Positions 52,001 to 63,319 of a stretch of DNA of 64,000 nucleotides are shown one piece after another. The notes under the pieces are model-generated. The model was not told the origin of the DNA and did no database searches. It was given only the letters and a program-made list of their open reading frames with translations. The DNA is from Euglena gracilis (taxonomy: Eukaryota): assembly GCA_039621445.1 (NCBI GenBank), contig CP154954.1:41595572-41659571 (forward strand), given 5' to 3'. How positions within the stretch are numbered: position 1 is the first letter of the stretch; each line of letters starts with the position of its first letter. Position numbers and translations under genes: made by a program.

Positions 52001-55000
52001 CAGACAAAAGAAGAAATATACAAACAAATTAAACAAAATACCACAAAAATACAAAAGAATGCCCAGACAGAAGAGCTGCCCAGAAGCAGTCTTCACCATG
52101 GGATCACGGGCCTTGACCAGAGGGGGGCACCTGAAACGAGCACGCGTTGAACGCCTCGTCACGGATGAAATGGCAAGACCAGCTCCGGGACCGCAGTTCG
52201 GGGGACCCGGCCACCAGCCCATCCAGGATGGTCCGCAGCGCCGCGGAGGAGGCCTGCGGAGGGTCCACCACCTCCTGCAGCGACGTCTCGTACGCCTCCT
52301 GGACGATCTCGTCCACTGCCCCGAAGGGGGCACTTTGATGCAAAAACAGATCTTAAAGGAGAAAACAAAAGGCATTGTTGTGGATATACGTCGTAGTGTT
52401 TGTGTGTGTGTGTGTGTATGTTTTGTGGTGCGTGAGTGTGTGTGTGTGCGCGCGCGTGTGTGCATGCGAGTGAGCACATATACAAATATCTACAAATGCA
52501 CATTTCTGTACCCGCATGTTTCGGAATATCCACCGATGTGTTCTCAAAGAGGTGGGAAGGCACTGGGAGGCTTCGGCTTCAAAGGGGTCCCCCGGCGCAA
52601 TCTCCCAGCTGGCCAGCCACGTCATCTGCCAGCGGCCGGTGACCGGGACCAGGCATTATTATTTTTTAAGGCGCCTTAAAAAACCTTAAAAAACCTTAAA
52701 AAACCTTAAAATTTTTTTTGCCAAAATGCCTTAAAAAACCTTAAAAAACCTTAAAAAACCTTAAAAAAATCACCCCGGGGAAGTTTTTCTTCCCCGTGAT
52801 GACCTTAAAAAACCTTAAAAATTTTCCCTGGGAAATTTCTTCTTGCAACAAACAAATAATGGCATATCTGAAACCCCGCATAAAGCCAGTCCCCAAGGCA
52901 GAAAGAACGAAGCGGTTTTTCAGTTTTTTTTTACCTTCTTCCATTTCTCAATGCTGTCTTTTGGCTGAGTTTTATCTTAGTTCTTTGCGAACAAAATTAC
53001 ATTGAAAAATGAACCCAAAATGTATGGTGGTTGGTTTTTTGATGGAAAATCACATTTTCCCAAAAAAAATCACCAAAATTTTAGGGATGAAAATTGTTAG
53101 TTTTTAGGAGGGGGGCCAAAAAATGCAGGTCAAAAAAATGGGACCAAATTTTGGAACAGTCAAATTTTACTGACATTTTTTCCCTTGTAAATTTTTTGGT
53201 TTTTAGTGGCATTTTTTTGCTTCCAAAATCTCTCAAAATTAAAAGTTTGAGAAATGTTGATTTTGAGAAAAAATCAAAGATTTCAGGGTTAAATTTGGTA
53301 GTTTTAGGGGGGGGGTGGAAAATAACGAAGGTCAAAAAAGGTGGACCAAATTTTGGCACAGTCAAATTTTACTGACACTTTTCCTCTGTCAAATTTGTTG
53401 GATTTTCAATGGCATTTTTCTTGCTTCAAAACCCTCTCAAATTCAAAATTTTGAGAAAATGTTGATTTTTTGGAAGATGTGAAAAATGGGGTTTTGAGGG
53501 AGTTTAATGGCCATTTTTGAGGAAAAAGTTCTAAAGTAATTTTTTGTCATCAAAAAGTGACGTTTTTAAGTTTTTCCAGGCTTTTTTTGTTGCGTTTTTT
53601 TAAAAAAAAACATATTTTTAAAAAAATTGTTTTCTTTCTAAAAAATTTATTTGTAAAAAACTTGTTTCTTTAAAAAAACGTTTTTTTTTAAAAAAAAACA
53701 CATGCTTTTTTAAAAAAAATTGTTTCAAAAAAAACAAGCAGTCAACCTTGGCAAGAACCTATGGTCAAGCCCCAACCACCCCGCACTTACCTTCCTTCCC
53801 TTGTGTCCTTCCCGTCGGCTCAGTCACACCACACCCATACCCCCCGGACCTTCCTCCCTACACATCAACAAACAGCCCCAAAACACCACATCAAGGCGCC
53901 GCAAGCAACGCAATCCGGCAAACACCCAGGACGCACACCGCCGGCAGCTCGGACACATCCGGGGACACAGCCGAAAGGAGCAACAGGGGCAGTAAAGGTC
54001 CCGTTCCTATGGTGCTTTTTTGTGTTTTTTTCAGGGTGGGCCGGCAGGGTCCCGTAGGTTTGGGCCCACAAAGTCCTTCCCGACACACCCCAAAATCACT
54101 GTTTTCCGCCAAAGTCCCGGGGGTCTCCCAGCCAAAATCAGAATTTTGCTCATTTTTTGCACTCTCTTGTTCACGTGTTTTCAAACCCCCCGGACCTTCA
54201 CAGCCGAAACAGAGCACAATCAAAAAAATCGTAAATTTGCGCAAATGCGCGCATCAAACGAAAAAAGCTTAAGTGCGAATTCGGCCGCCTAAGTTCGGGT
54301 TTTGGACCCGAAATAATGTTTCTGGCGTCTTCGGCGCCGGGTGTTTTTTTTTTGACCCATTTTGGGACCCATATGCAGGAACCCATAGCCAAAATGGCCT
54401 AAAATTCCTAAAATGCCTTGAATGGACTAAAATTCCTAAAATGTCTAAAATGGCAATAACTGTCCCTCATGGACCGCCCTGATCCCATGCTTCGCCCGAG
54501 GCTTCTTCCTTGGGCGTTCCGAAGCCACAGAAGTCTGAAGCCATCGGGCCATCTTCGGGGTCTGAGATTTTACCTGAGGAAAAAAATGCCTTAAAAAAAC
54601 CTTAAAATTTTTTAAAATTCCTCAAAAACCTTAAAAAACCTTAAAAAACCTTAAAAACCGCCTTAAAATTTTTGAGAAATCTCGCCTTAAAAAAAATAAT
54701 GCCTGACCGGGACCTGGTCCACGTGGGTGTACGCGAAGGCGCCGCCCCCCCCGACGAGCAACGCCCCCCGGAGCCGCTGCGGCCAGCCTTGCCCCCGGTC
54801 GTATCTCTGCCCCGTATGGGCCGACGTGGATCGAGAGAGTCTGGCTGAACGGCAGCAGTCAGCCAACCGAACAACGACTGCTGTGAACCGGGGCCAAATG
54901 GTCGTTGACACGCGCACCAGTCTATTTGTATGCAGTGTGTGACTATGCCTGCAAATGTGTGTGCTGCTGTGCGGGATGTGTTTGTGCGGGACATGAATTG

Positions 55001-55810
55001 GAGCAACCTGTGTAAGTGAAACGCTCATGCCCGAAACGAGAAATGTACGCCTCGGAAAGGGAAGCAAGAGGAGGAGAAATGGAAGGGAAAAGCTGGTTGC
55101 TTTCCCAGCCGACTGTGGATGAGTTCGGACAGTTGCCGCTGTCTTTCTCTGCAGGCACCATCCTGTCTGGCTCGAGGCCCCAGAAGACGAAAAAAATGGA
55201 GGGCTGCCGGGACCATTCCCCCCTCCAGCACCGCACTCCACCTTCTAGGAAACAATACATATGAAACAAGTGCCAGGAACTGAGGGAGAATATAATAAAC
55301 TACTCTAAAGACCAGCCAAAAAAAACCACCAGCTGTCAAAGCGACTGCGAACATTTCCTGGTGGTCAACCCACCCCAACTCTGGACTCCTGTTTCTTTGG
55401 TGAATTTGGGCTTGGCAGCAGCTGTGAATCACAAACTGGTGTTGGCCGACGGCCAACCTGTTGGAAAATGTTTGGTTTGTAGAGCACAGCAGACCACACC
55501 CACCCACCCCACCCACCCACCAGCCGCCCACACATGCACACGCACACACAACACACACATGCACACACATGCACACACCAGGGCTGCAAGCGGGAGGGCG
55601 ACCCCCCCAAAAACCACGGCAGGGGGTGGTAGTCGCCTGCCTGGGGGGAGGAAAAAAGAAAATCGACGAGGGAAATCAACCACCGGGGGTTGACAAAGGA
55701 GGGGGTGTATCCGCAGGAGGGGGGGATGGGGTAACAGGATGTTGGGCCCCCGCCACAAACCACGCCCAGCGGCTCACCTTGAGCAGGCCGAAGAAAATGG
55801 GCGGCGGCAT
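43679..55810 (-). CDS. OMA1: OMA1-like peptidase family M48 zinc metalloprotease, at least 9 exons; 3' end unresolved
   Basis: Exons 55810-55778, 54806-54709, 52644-52564, 52332-52131, 48812-48606, 47699-47622, 47209-47165, 46719-46597, 43849-~43679. Translation contains YTHVDQVPVTGR, NACSFQNGALFVTTGL, ELACVVGHEMAH (HExxH), LPFERHHEYEADYIG, ARAGYDP, YLQTHP, which are M48/OMA1 motifs. Introns 2, 6, 7, 8 are non-GT-AG. Exon 1 and the exon 3/4 and 8/9 junctions are less certain; no stop codon located. Confidence 0.85.
43850..46596 (-). other. Probable non-conventional intron 8 of OMA1-like gene
   Basis: C|ACCTGGGCT...AGCCCTG-GTGTC|G; complementary ends, Y|R junctions, in-frame join HRAR-AVARQA; pairing register is less clean than in the other introns. 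Confidence 0.65.
45016..45160. repeat. (TA)n(CA)n(CATA)n compound microsatellite; second one at 45905-46028
   Basis: Seen directly. Confidence 0.95.
46720..47164 (-). other. Non-conventional intron 7 of OMA1-like gene
   Basis: T|GAC-CATGACCGAACAG...CTGTTGGTCCTG-CCTTT|G; paired ends; restores ARA-GYDP. Confidence 0.88.
47210..47621 (-). other. Non-conventional intron 6 of OMA1-like gene
   Basis: C|TAC-CAG...CTG-CGAGG|G; gives LPFERHH-EYEAD with the usual M48 R-x-x-E-x-E-A-D spacing. Confidence 0.82.
49018..51287. mobile_element. Non-autonomous TIR element (~2.3 kb) in OMA1 intron 4
   Basis: ~40-bp imperfect TIR GGTCGCTGAGCTCTTATC...GAGCGAAGCT at both ends; body related to 14676-16043 and 57400-57620; TSD obscured by G/C runs. 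Confidence 0.7.
52650..54705. mobile_element. hAT-like non-autonomous element (2056 bp) forming OMA1 non-conventional intron 2
   Basis: Ends CAGGCATTATT...TTAAGGCG and CGCCTTAA...AATAATGCCTG; perfect 8-bp TSD ACCGGGAC at 52642-52649 and 54706-54713; subterminal (CCTTAAAAAA)n arrays at ~52674-52770 and ~54589-54668; interrupts the conserved VP|VTGR coding stretch. Confidence 0.92.
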
Positions 55811-55867
55811 GGCTCAGGGGTCGGCCGCGGGCCCCCCGCCAACCGGGGTCTGCCGCACCGCCGATGC

Positions 55868-55915
55868 CTGCCGGGGGCGGGGGAAACCTGGGGAGGAGTG
55901 GCAGGAGAAAAGACG
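55868..55915 (-). promoter_or_regulatory. Polypyrimidine tract plus AG, candidate trans-splice or 5'UTR acceptor for the OMA1-like gene
   Basis: Minus strand TCTTTTCTCCTGCCACTCCTCCCCAG and CCCCGGCAG, about 60-80 nt upstream of the ATG at 55810. Confidence 0.4.
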
Positions 55916-56693
55916 CAGACCGCGGACCAGGTCCCCGTCCACCGCAGCCCTTTTGGGTTTTGTTGGACCAACGCCGGATCTGTTTCTGAAACCCATTTTC
56001 GTTGTGTTCCACTTTTTCTGTGCCAAGCTATTCTAATTTTGTATTGTTTTGCGGTGTGGCGTATTGCGATGCCAACCTTCGAAACCTGTAACCCCCCCCC
56101 CCCCGCGGTCGGCCGAAAGGGGGGGGGTAATAAATCAAGGAATTGTTGGTGAAAATCTGACCCTCGGAATGACCACAAACACCCCCAAATCCTTGTCAAA
56201 GTTGGTCAAAGATGGCATTTTGGTGATGGACGACGATTTGGGTGGCTTGGGGGCGAGAAAAGCCTTGCATTTCCAGTTTCTGATTTTGGTTTTTGGGGGG
56301 AACTGGGTGACACACCAACAGTGGGCAGCAGAGGTGCTCCTTCACAGACTCACAGGGAACCCTATGAAGGGGGTGCCTGGACCATTAATGCAAGACAATG
56401 CGACGCAGTCCCTGGACACCAACAGAGTGATGGATATGGGACACAGCGCAGCCAGACCGCAAAGCAAATGAAGCCCCCCGCAGCCCCCTCAACGAAGGGA
56501 ATGAATGACGTGTCGCCACTATGGGCCGGTGCTGTGCAACAAGCCCCACCGATCACGGCGCTTGCGTCCGGTTGGGGAGTCCCGGCGGGCCGCAGGGCTG
56601 CACAGGCGCGCGATGCGTCCCCCCTGCCCAGCCCTGCCCTGCCTCCCCCTCTCTCTCCGGGCTGTCTCACGGGCCACGCGACCCGCCCCGGGG

Positions 56694-59600
56694 TCAGGCG
56701 CTGCCGCCCCCCGCGGCAGGGCCCGGCGGGGGCGGCGGCCCGCGGCGCTGGATGCTGAGGAGGACGTTGGCGATGACGGCGTGCAGCGCCGACGCGGAGG
56801 GGCTGCCGCCGAACGCCTGGATGAAGCCGCCCCCAGGGGAGGGGGGGAGGGGGGTCGACCCCCCCCTGCCTGCTGGGGTGCCAGGGGAACGCGAAGCGCC
56901 GAAAAAAAATGACGGGGTTTCAAAACCTGCCCCACACCCACATTGTTGGTCATTGTTTTCAACACGTTGGCAAAAACATATGAGAAATGCACTCCGGTTT
57001 TTGGCGCGAAGCCCGGACCGCCCCGCGGGGAGGGGGAGGTGATCCGAACCTCTGACGTGGGAGGGGGAAGGGAGGAGGGGGGCAATGCGATGAGGGAAAG
57101 GCACAGAGAGGGGTGCGTGGGTTGGGGCCCGCCCTCCGCTGGCCGCGGCCGTCGTCCTCGCACTCTGCCAGGTTGGGGTCGATGGGCACCTGTGGGGGGG
57201 GGGGACGATGGAGACCGCACGGGGTGTGGGCCCGGAGGGGGGGGGGGGGGGGGGGGGGGAGGGGGGGGCCGACCCGGCCGAGGAAGGGCACGCCCTCCGC
57301 CGCCGCGAGGCGCTCCCCGCCGCCATGGGAGAAGATGGCGGTGCACTCCGCGCAGTGCGGGCGGGGCCAGCGGGGCCACTGTCCCACCCGTGGGGGACGT
57401 TGGCCCGGGGGGGGGGGGTCCGAAAAGAGGCCGTTTTGGAACGTAAATCGGCGATATCTCGGCCTTGGCGGGGAGTTGCGGGGAAATCAAAATACCGTTG
57501 GATAAAGCATTGTTCGGGCTTCAATTTAGGTCTCCGGACATTTCCTTTGATTTTGCTTCATTTCCGAGATATTTTGGAAACATCGATTTTTTGACCCCCC
57601 AAAAAACAGCCCAAAATGTCCCCAGAAATGAGCGGCACCCGGTGACGGGGGGACCGGTGGCGACCAACCGACGCGACAAAGCCGGATGGGCGGAGCCCGG
57701 GGCCCGCTGCGCAGACGAAGCCGGACATGTTCTCCACGATGCCGAGGACGGGGAGCGACGCGACGCGGCAGAAGTCCAGCTCCTTGCGCACGTCGTCCAC
57801 GGAGACCTGCAGCCACACGCGCATCGCTTCTGAGCCGTCGGTATATTTAACAACACATCCAATGCTGCAGCCAACGTTGCGTGGAAACGCTGAACTACAC
57901 GTACAATATTTGCCAGCTCCACTTCCCTCGCTGGCCCGCGTGGAAACCGATAACCACAATCACCATTTGTCCAGGCTGCAGTCGTCACAGAGTCGGTCAC
58001 ATACATTTTTTTTTACCGACCCCGGGGGGGGGGTCACTTCCATTTTCCAAAAACCAGTCACTCACCTTTTTCTGGAAGACCAATCAATCACTACCCATCA
58101 GGGGGAGGGTTGCTACTCTGAAATCCAAAGAAAATTTGACCACAACCGTGAAAAAAACGGAAATTTTTTTTGGGGATGACTGGTTTTTCACTCTGAAAAA
58201 CCAGTCATACCCCCCGGGGGGGGCAGCCAGCGATTGAGTGATTGTATGGTCGTTCATCAGTCCAGCAACCACAGCTGCGTGGCCCAACCCCATGAGATGC
58301 GTGTGCGGCCACACAACACACAACACACACAACACACAACACAACACAACACACACACACACACGCACACACACACAGAGGCACACACACATACACAACA
58401 CACACACACACAAACACACAAATCCAAACACAACTACAACTACACAAACACCGACAGAACTGTCAGCCCACCTCTTGGGGAGTCGTCACAATCACCGCAC
58501 CAGAGGGGTTGTAAGGCTGTGAAAAGAAAAAAGAAGCAGCAGAGGAGATTATGTGCGCTTTCGAGCACCCCCAGAGACAGCAGGCAACCTGCGCGAACAC
58601 ACCTTTGGTTCACTACCCCCCCCCTGGGCGCTTGGCCCAGGCCATAATTAAAAAAAAAAGAAAAAAAGGTAAGGCCAGGGGGCCAACCTTAGGGGGAAAG
58701 TTTGCATGTAAAGAATTTTGGCCTCCATGTGCAAAAAGCCGAAGGCCAACTTTAGGGAGGCCAAGTTTTCATGTAAGGAGGAGGGCGGGCCAAGCGCCTG
58801 GGGGGTACCTGGATAATGCCGGCCCTTTACAATCCGCAATGTGGTTTGGGCTTCCCTCCCCCTCCTCTCCAACGGATGTGTCAGCCACCAGCCCCACAGC
58901 AGTCAAAAGACGAATGTGTGGTGGTATGTGCATATGTTGCCGGCGGCATACAATCAGGTTGGCGCACGTGGCGATGTGTTCGTCGCTGGTCCCCGGGGGT
59001 GTGTCGATGATGAGGTAGTCCAGCGGCCCCCAGTTGACGTCGGTGAAGAACTGCGGCACGAAACACCCAGGGCGATGGGCAGCCCCAACTGCTTCACTTC
59101 ACACGCCAGAACGCGAATCCCAGCCAGGTCCAAAAATATGACGTTTTTGTACGCGACTTTTCGGGCTGAATTTTCTTAATCCAAACTCTGTGAATCAAAA
59201 AGGTGGACTTTGTTTCCAAATTGGAACAGAAGGGAATCCGGGTTGCAAGAATTTCCAAAAAACCCTCCACTGTTCGAGACGACTTCGGCCAGGGTTCTTT
59301 CCTACGATGTTGCCAAGAGCAGGCACTACCCCCTGCCTCCCCCCAGGTTGACTTCAGGTCATAACGGGTCCGACCCAAAAAAACTTTCCTTGAAAACCTC
59401 CCACCCCCAAAATCAGACCCCAGGCCGAAAAAATCCAACCCCTGGTCGGAAAAAAAAACCACTTTCCCTCTCAACCAATAGCACCCCCCCCCCCCTGGTT
59501 GCACTAAAGCTTCTTGTTTGTTTATGGCCGGCGCTAACTTCGCTTCTGGCCCAGTTTGCTGTGTGGTGGCCAGGTACCCTTACACCAGTGCTCTTTTGTT

Positions 59601-60948
59601 GCTCCACCTGGCCGGGTGAGCAACTCTGGTGTAATTCCAGCACCCCCCCCCCCGGAGAGCGGAGAGGGTCTGCATTTTCTTTGAACAAAAACCTGATCTT
59701 CTTGGCAAATCTCAAAAGTATGATGAGCGTCATTTTTTTGGGTAAAAAATGCCTTTTCTTCTGTGCCACATGTGCAAAGACTTGCAGCTTGTATTGCGGA
59801 CATTTTTGATGATGTGTAACCTGGCTGTCTGATTTTTCTCGACGCCAGGCAATTTTTCATTCACCAATTCTGTCCACCCCAGTTCCCGCAGTTCTTGCAT
59901 GGTGCTCAAGAGACTCCTCTCTTGAGCTGGAGTGTTCTCTGCAGCAGCTTCAGTTCCAGTGAATGAAATGACATGCATTCAATCGATCAATCAACTGTTC
60001 GCAATGAACGTGTGAAAATACTCCGGCGTTCACAACAAAAACGGAGCGCTGGGACCTGTTTGATCATGGCGTTCTTGCGGGGCCCCCGCCACACGATCGC
60101 GTCGTCGGGGCCCACCATGAAGCCGATGGAGATGGCCCGGGGGCAGGCGGCGGACCGCTGGCCGCCGTCGGGGCTCCGATGTCACAAAGCAATGGTGGCT
60201 GCTGCCTGGCTTCCTGCCTGGCCATCCCGTTGCAACAGATTGCGTCGGCCAAAGCATCAAACAGCCGCAATAGATATAAAGAGAAGAAGGCATGCAATAT
60301 TGACATGGGTTTTGGGGGGGGGGTATTTCAACGTAGGTTTGAAGGTGGGATGAGCACGCCCTCAGCTACTCAGCCTCATGGTCGAAACTTCATTTATGGC
60401 CATTTATGGCCAAGGGTTCATTTATGTGCTTCAGTGCATGGAAAGCACCGAAAACATACTCATTCACTCCTTTATTTACTTGTGCTCATGCAATAAAAAA
60501 CAAAAAAAGGAATACAGCGTCTTTGCCATGAATGCACACTGCACCTGCATTTCTCCCACTCATACAAAAACACACGATCAGTGATGCTCAGCACACACAC
60601 ACACACACAATACACACATACACACAACACAACGCAACACAACACACACGCACACGCACACACACACACACACAAGAACGCGCACACAAGAAGAAAGACC
60701 AGATCCAGCGGCCTGGGGATAATTGTCCTGCCTGCTCCCCACTGACTGGCACGGCGATCGGTGTCCACCCCTCGGGTCTGCCGGGAATGAGAAACGTTAC
60801 ATTTCAACTTATTCGATGACGCGCTGGTTCAAGAGAAAAAATTATGAAAAAAGGAGATGCCACGGATAACCGCCATCCCAAGCCCAAATTCCTGAAACTG
60901 GCACACACACACATACACACACATACATGCACACACACACACACACGC

Positions 60949-61009
<61 letters not shown>

Positions 61010-62314
61010 AACGACGTGCCACGACGGCAGCGCGCACACACCCCTGAGCGACGTCGCGGCCCTCCACGCCCAGGATCTTCGGCACGCTCGGCCCGCAGAT
61101 GTCGACGTCCAGGATGCCCACGCGGTGCCCCTCCAGCGCGAGGGTGAGGGCCATCTGGCACGCCACGGTGCTCTTCCCCACGCCCCCTGTGCCCCGCGGG
61201 AACCCCACGGATGGCCCCGACACCAGTCAATGCCGGGTTGGGTGAGCGGGCGACACACAAAGCGTCGCGACGGAGGGGGAACGACACGCAAGGCACTTTG
61301 CTTGGTGAACACCCGAAGGTGCACTTGCTGGGCCCTGGGAAACTGTCACCAGACAAGTCAGGGAGTACAGCGGTTGGTGACAGGTCCCTCCCTGTGTGGA
61401 CAGATCAGCGAGTATGGGACCGGAGGACAGTTTCCCGGGGGGGGGGGTTGGATCAGAGGGAAAAACTGACATTTGACCCCCCCCAACCGACACAAAAACC
61501 CGAGAATTCGGGGTTTCACATATTTGTGGTCAGAAGCCAGATGAAAATGGAGGAATTTTTTTTCAACTCAGGAAACATGCTTTTTTCAACAAAAAAAGGT
61601 GAAAATTCTCAAAAAAATATGGTCAGTGGGTGCAAAGGTTGGTGACAGGCTCCTATGAGGATGGGTTCGTGGGTACAGAGGGTAGAGGACAGTTTCCTGG
61701 TGGGGAGAGTTTCCCCGAAGGGGAAGGGGTGGGTATCATAATGTCATGAACGACTATGAATGCATTTGTTAATATGTCAATTACCACAAAAAAACCAAAA
61801 AGACCCCATAATTGTTAGAAAATCTTCATTCCTTCCTTGGTGCGTTCAGAACATAAAGAAAATTAACTGCACACCCTCCTTATCTCATCCCGCCTCACCC
61901 CACTTCACACTATTCCCTTCTACATTCATCCAATATCCCGTACGGAAAAATCTGTTCCACTTTTTTTTGGGTCAGCAGGATGTTTGGAAGCAATGGAGCC
62001 TTCTGACGGAAAGCGGTTGGTGGGGGGGGGGCGGGTTCTGGTTAGCGGTTTCGCAGAACAAACCAGCAGAGAAAACGAGAATCCATCCCTGCCGGGGGGC
62101 GGCGGGCACGGCACACCAGGGTTCGATATAAGGAGAGGGGGGGGGGGGGTACGGACCCCCCCCCCCTGCGGGCCAGGAGGGGGGGGGTGGGGACACCCCC
62201 CCCCCACCTAAACCATGTACGCCCTCCTTATATCGAACCCTGCGGCACACCCTTGCCGCTCAGCACCAGGACCACGTGCTGGATGAGGGCCATCCGGGCG
62301 GCCAACTCGTCCAT
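56694..62314 (-). CDS. NUBP2: Cytosolic Fe-S cluster assembly factor CFD1/NUBP2-like P-loop NTPase (Mrp/NBP35 family), 10 coding exons, ~285 aa
   Basis: Exons 62314-62251, 61186-61042, 60777-60719, 60138-60056, 59050-58952, 58516-58472, 57806-57713, 57362-57274, 57189-57145, 56828-56694 join in frame (858 nt). Motifs: [14 protein letters not shown] (Walker A), [15 protein letters not shown]...[59 protein letters not shown]. No N-terminal Cys-rich NBP35 extension, so CFD1 type. Six GT-AG introns and three non-GT-AG introns (60139-60718, 57363-57712, 56829-57144). Confidence 0.93.
56829..57144 (-). other. Non-conventional intron 9 of NUBP2
   Basis: C|GGC-CAGCGGAGGG...CCCTCCCCTG-GGGGC|G; restores DDGR-GFIQAF; junction 8-mers GCCGCGGC and GGGGCGGC match at 6/8. 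Confidence 0.88.
57363..57712 (-). other. Non-conventional (non-GT-AG) intron 7 of NUBP2
   Basis: Minus strand T|GCG-CAGCGGG...CCCGCTG-GCCCC|G; CAG at +4, CTG at -8; removal restores FVC-PHC. Confidence 0.9.
60139..60718 (-). other. Probable non-conventional intron 3 of NUBP2
   Basis: T|CCC-CAGGCCGCTGG...CCAGCGG(7-nt bulge)CCTG-CCCCC|G gives GQL-W-AISIGF. An in-frame GT-AG alternative exists but gives a poorer protein. Confidence 0.7.
62117..62242. mobile_element. hAT-like MITE, 126 bp, at the donor end of NUBP2 intron 1
   Basis: TIR CAGGGTTCGATATAAGGAG / CTCCTTATATCGAACCCTG; perfect TSD CGGCACAC at 62109-62116 and 62243-62250. Confidence 0.92.
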
Positions 62315-63233
62315 CGGAAGGGGAGAGCGCCTGCCAGCGGAGCAAGCCACCCCCAGGCGGTGGGTGACCTGGGGGGGGGGGTTCGGGCCGCTCCCCTGTT
62401 TTCGCCCCAATTGTTCTGGAATCCGCAGGTGTGTTCGTTGGGGGGGGGGGTGTTGATTGTGCGGTCACAAAATAATGGGAATTGTGGGAGTATGGGAAGC
62501 CACTGGACTTTCCGTCGTTTTTTTTTGTGTTCCATTTTCCTCGCACCGTTCCCAAGCCCTGAAGAGGAGTCATTTGCAGGGGTAATCAAATTCCAGACAA
62601 AAAAATGACAGGGAGTAATGAAATATATCACTTTTTTGGATCCAGATCGGCACAGAGCCTTGATACTGCTACTCTTCTTCGAGAATGCTATCAGCGCCTG
62701 ACTTTGGGCATTTTTTTTTTAAACATAATGAACAACTACTGCCATTTTCTGCACTTTTTTAATTTTCAATTTAATTCATTTTCCATTTTTGAGTTTTTTT
62801 GCGTCGAGTTTTTTGAGGGTCCATATTGTGTTCCCCCCATCATATCTCCCATCGGTTTTTTTTTTATCTTTTTTATTTCCCCCAGTTCCCGTCGACTGTA
62901 GCATATTTGGACATTGTGTGTATCCTTGCGGATGGTTTTTCACTGCCCGAGGACAGCCGTGGTTGTTGACGTCCCCAGAGCGTTTCTCCCGCTCAAACTC
63001 AAGTGACACTCCCCTCCAAGCAGGTTTCCACCACCTCACGTGTCTCCCGTGGGGGGATGGAAAGCCGCGTGGCTGGATTTGGGCCAACACCGACCGCCCT
63101 CCATCACCGCGCACCGAGTCCTGGCCTCACTCTGCAGCCCTCCGATGGGAAGCCCGCCAGAACTGGGCTGGAGGGAAAACCCTGCGCATTGTCAGAAAAA
63201 AGCCCCCCCAGGCAGCCAGGTACCACGAGCACT

Positions 63234-63319
63234 ACTTGAACGTGACTTGAACGTGACTTGAACGTGACTTGAACGTGACTTGAACGTGACTTGAACGTGA
63301 CTTGAACGTGACTTGAACG
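63234..63319. repeat. 11-bp tandem repeat (ACTTGAACGTG) x ~7.8
   Basis: Perfect copies seen directly. Confidence 0.97.

Noticed and set aside
52650-54705. Transposase encoded in the intron-forming element
   Set aside because: Internal ORFs are short and lack DDE, BED-finger or hAT dimerisation motifs.
54943-55269. Additional OMA1 exon in intron 1
   Set aside because: Exons 1 and 2 already join in phase through GT-AG, and these frames show no family similarity.
60158-60746. GT-AG version of NUBP2 intron 3 (CCA|GTCAGT...CCAG|CGG)
   Set aside because: In frame, but gives ...[12 protein letters not shown] without the hydrophobic residue normally preceding this strand, whereas the +4/-8 model gives GQLWAISIGF with paired ends. 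Disfavoured, not excluded.
56694-62314. NBP35/NUBP1 or bacterial Mrp/ApbC assignment
   Set aside because: No N-terminal four-Cys extension; CPHCAEC and the short N-terminus fit CFD1/NUBP2; the gene has introns.
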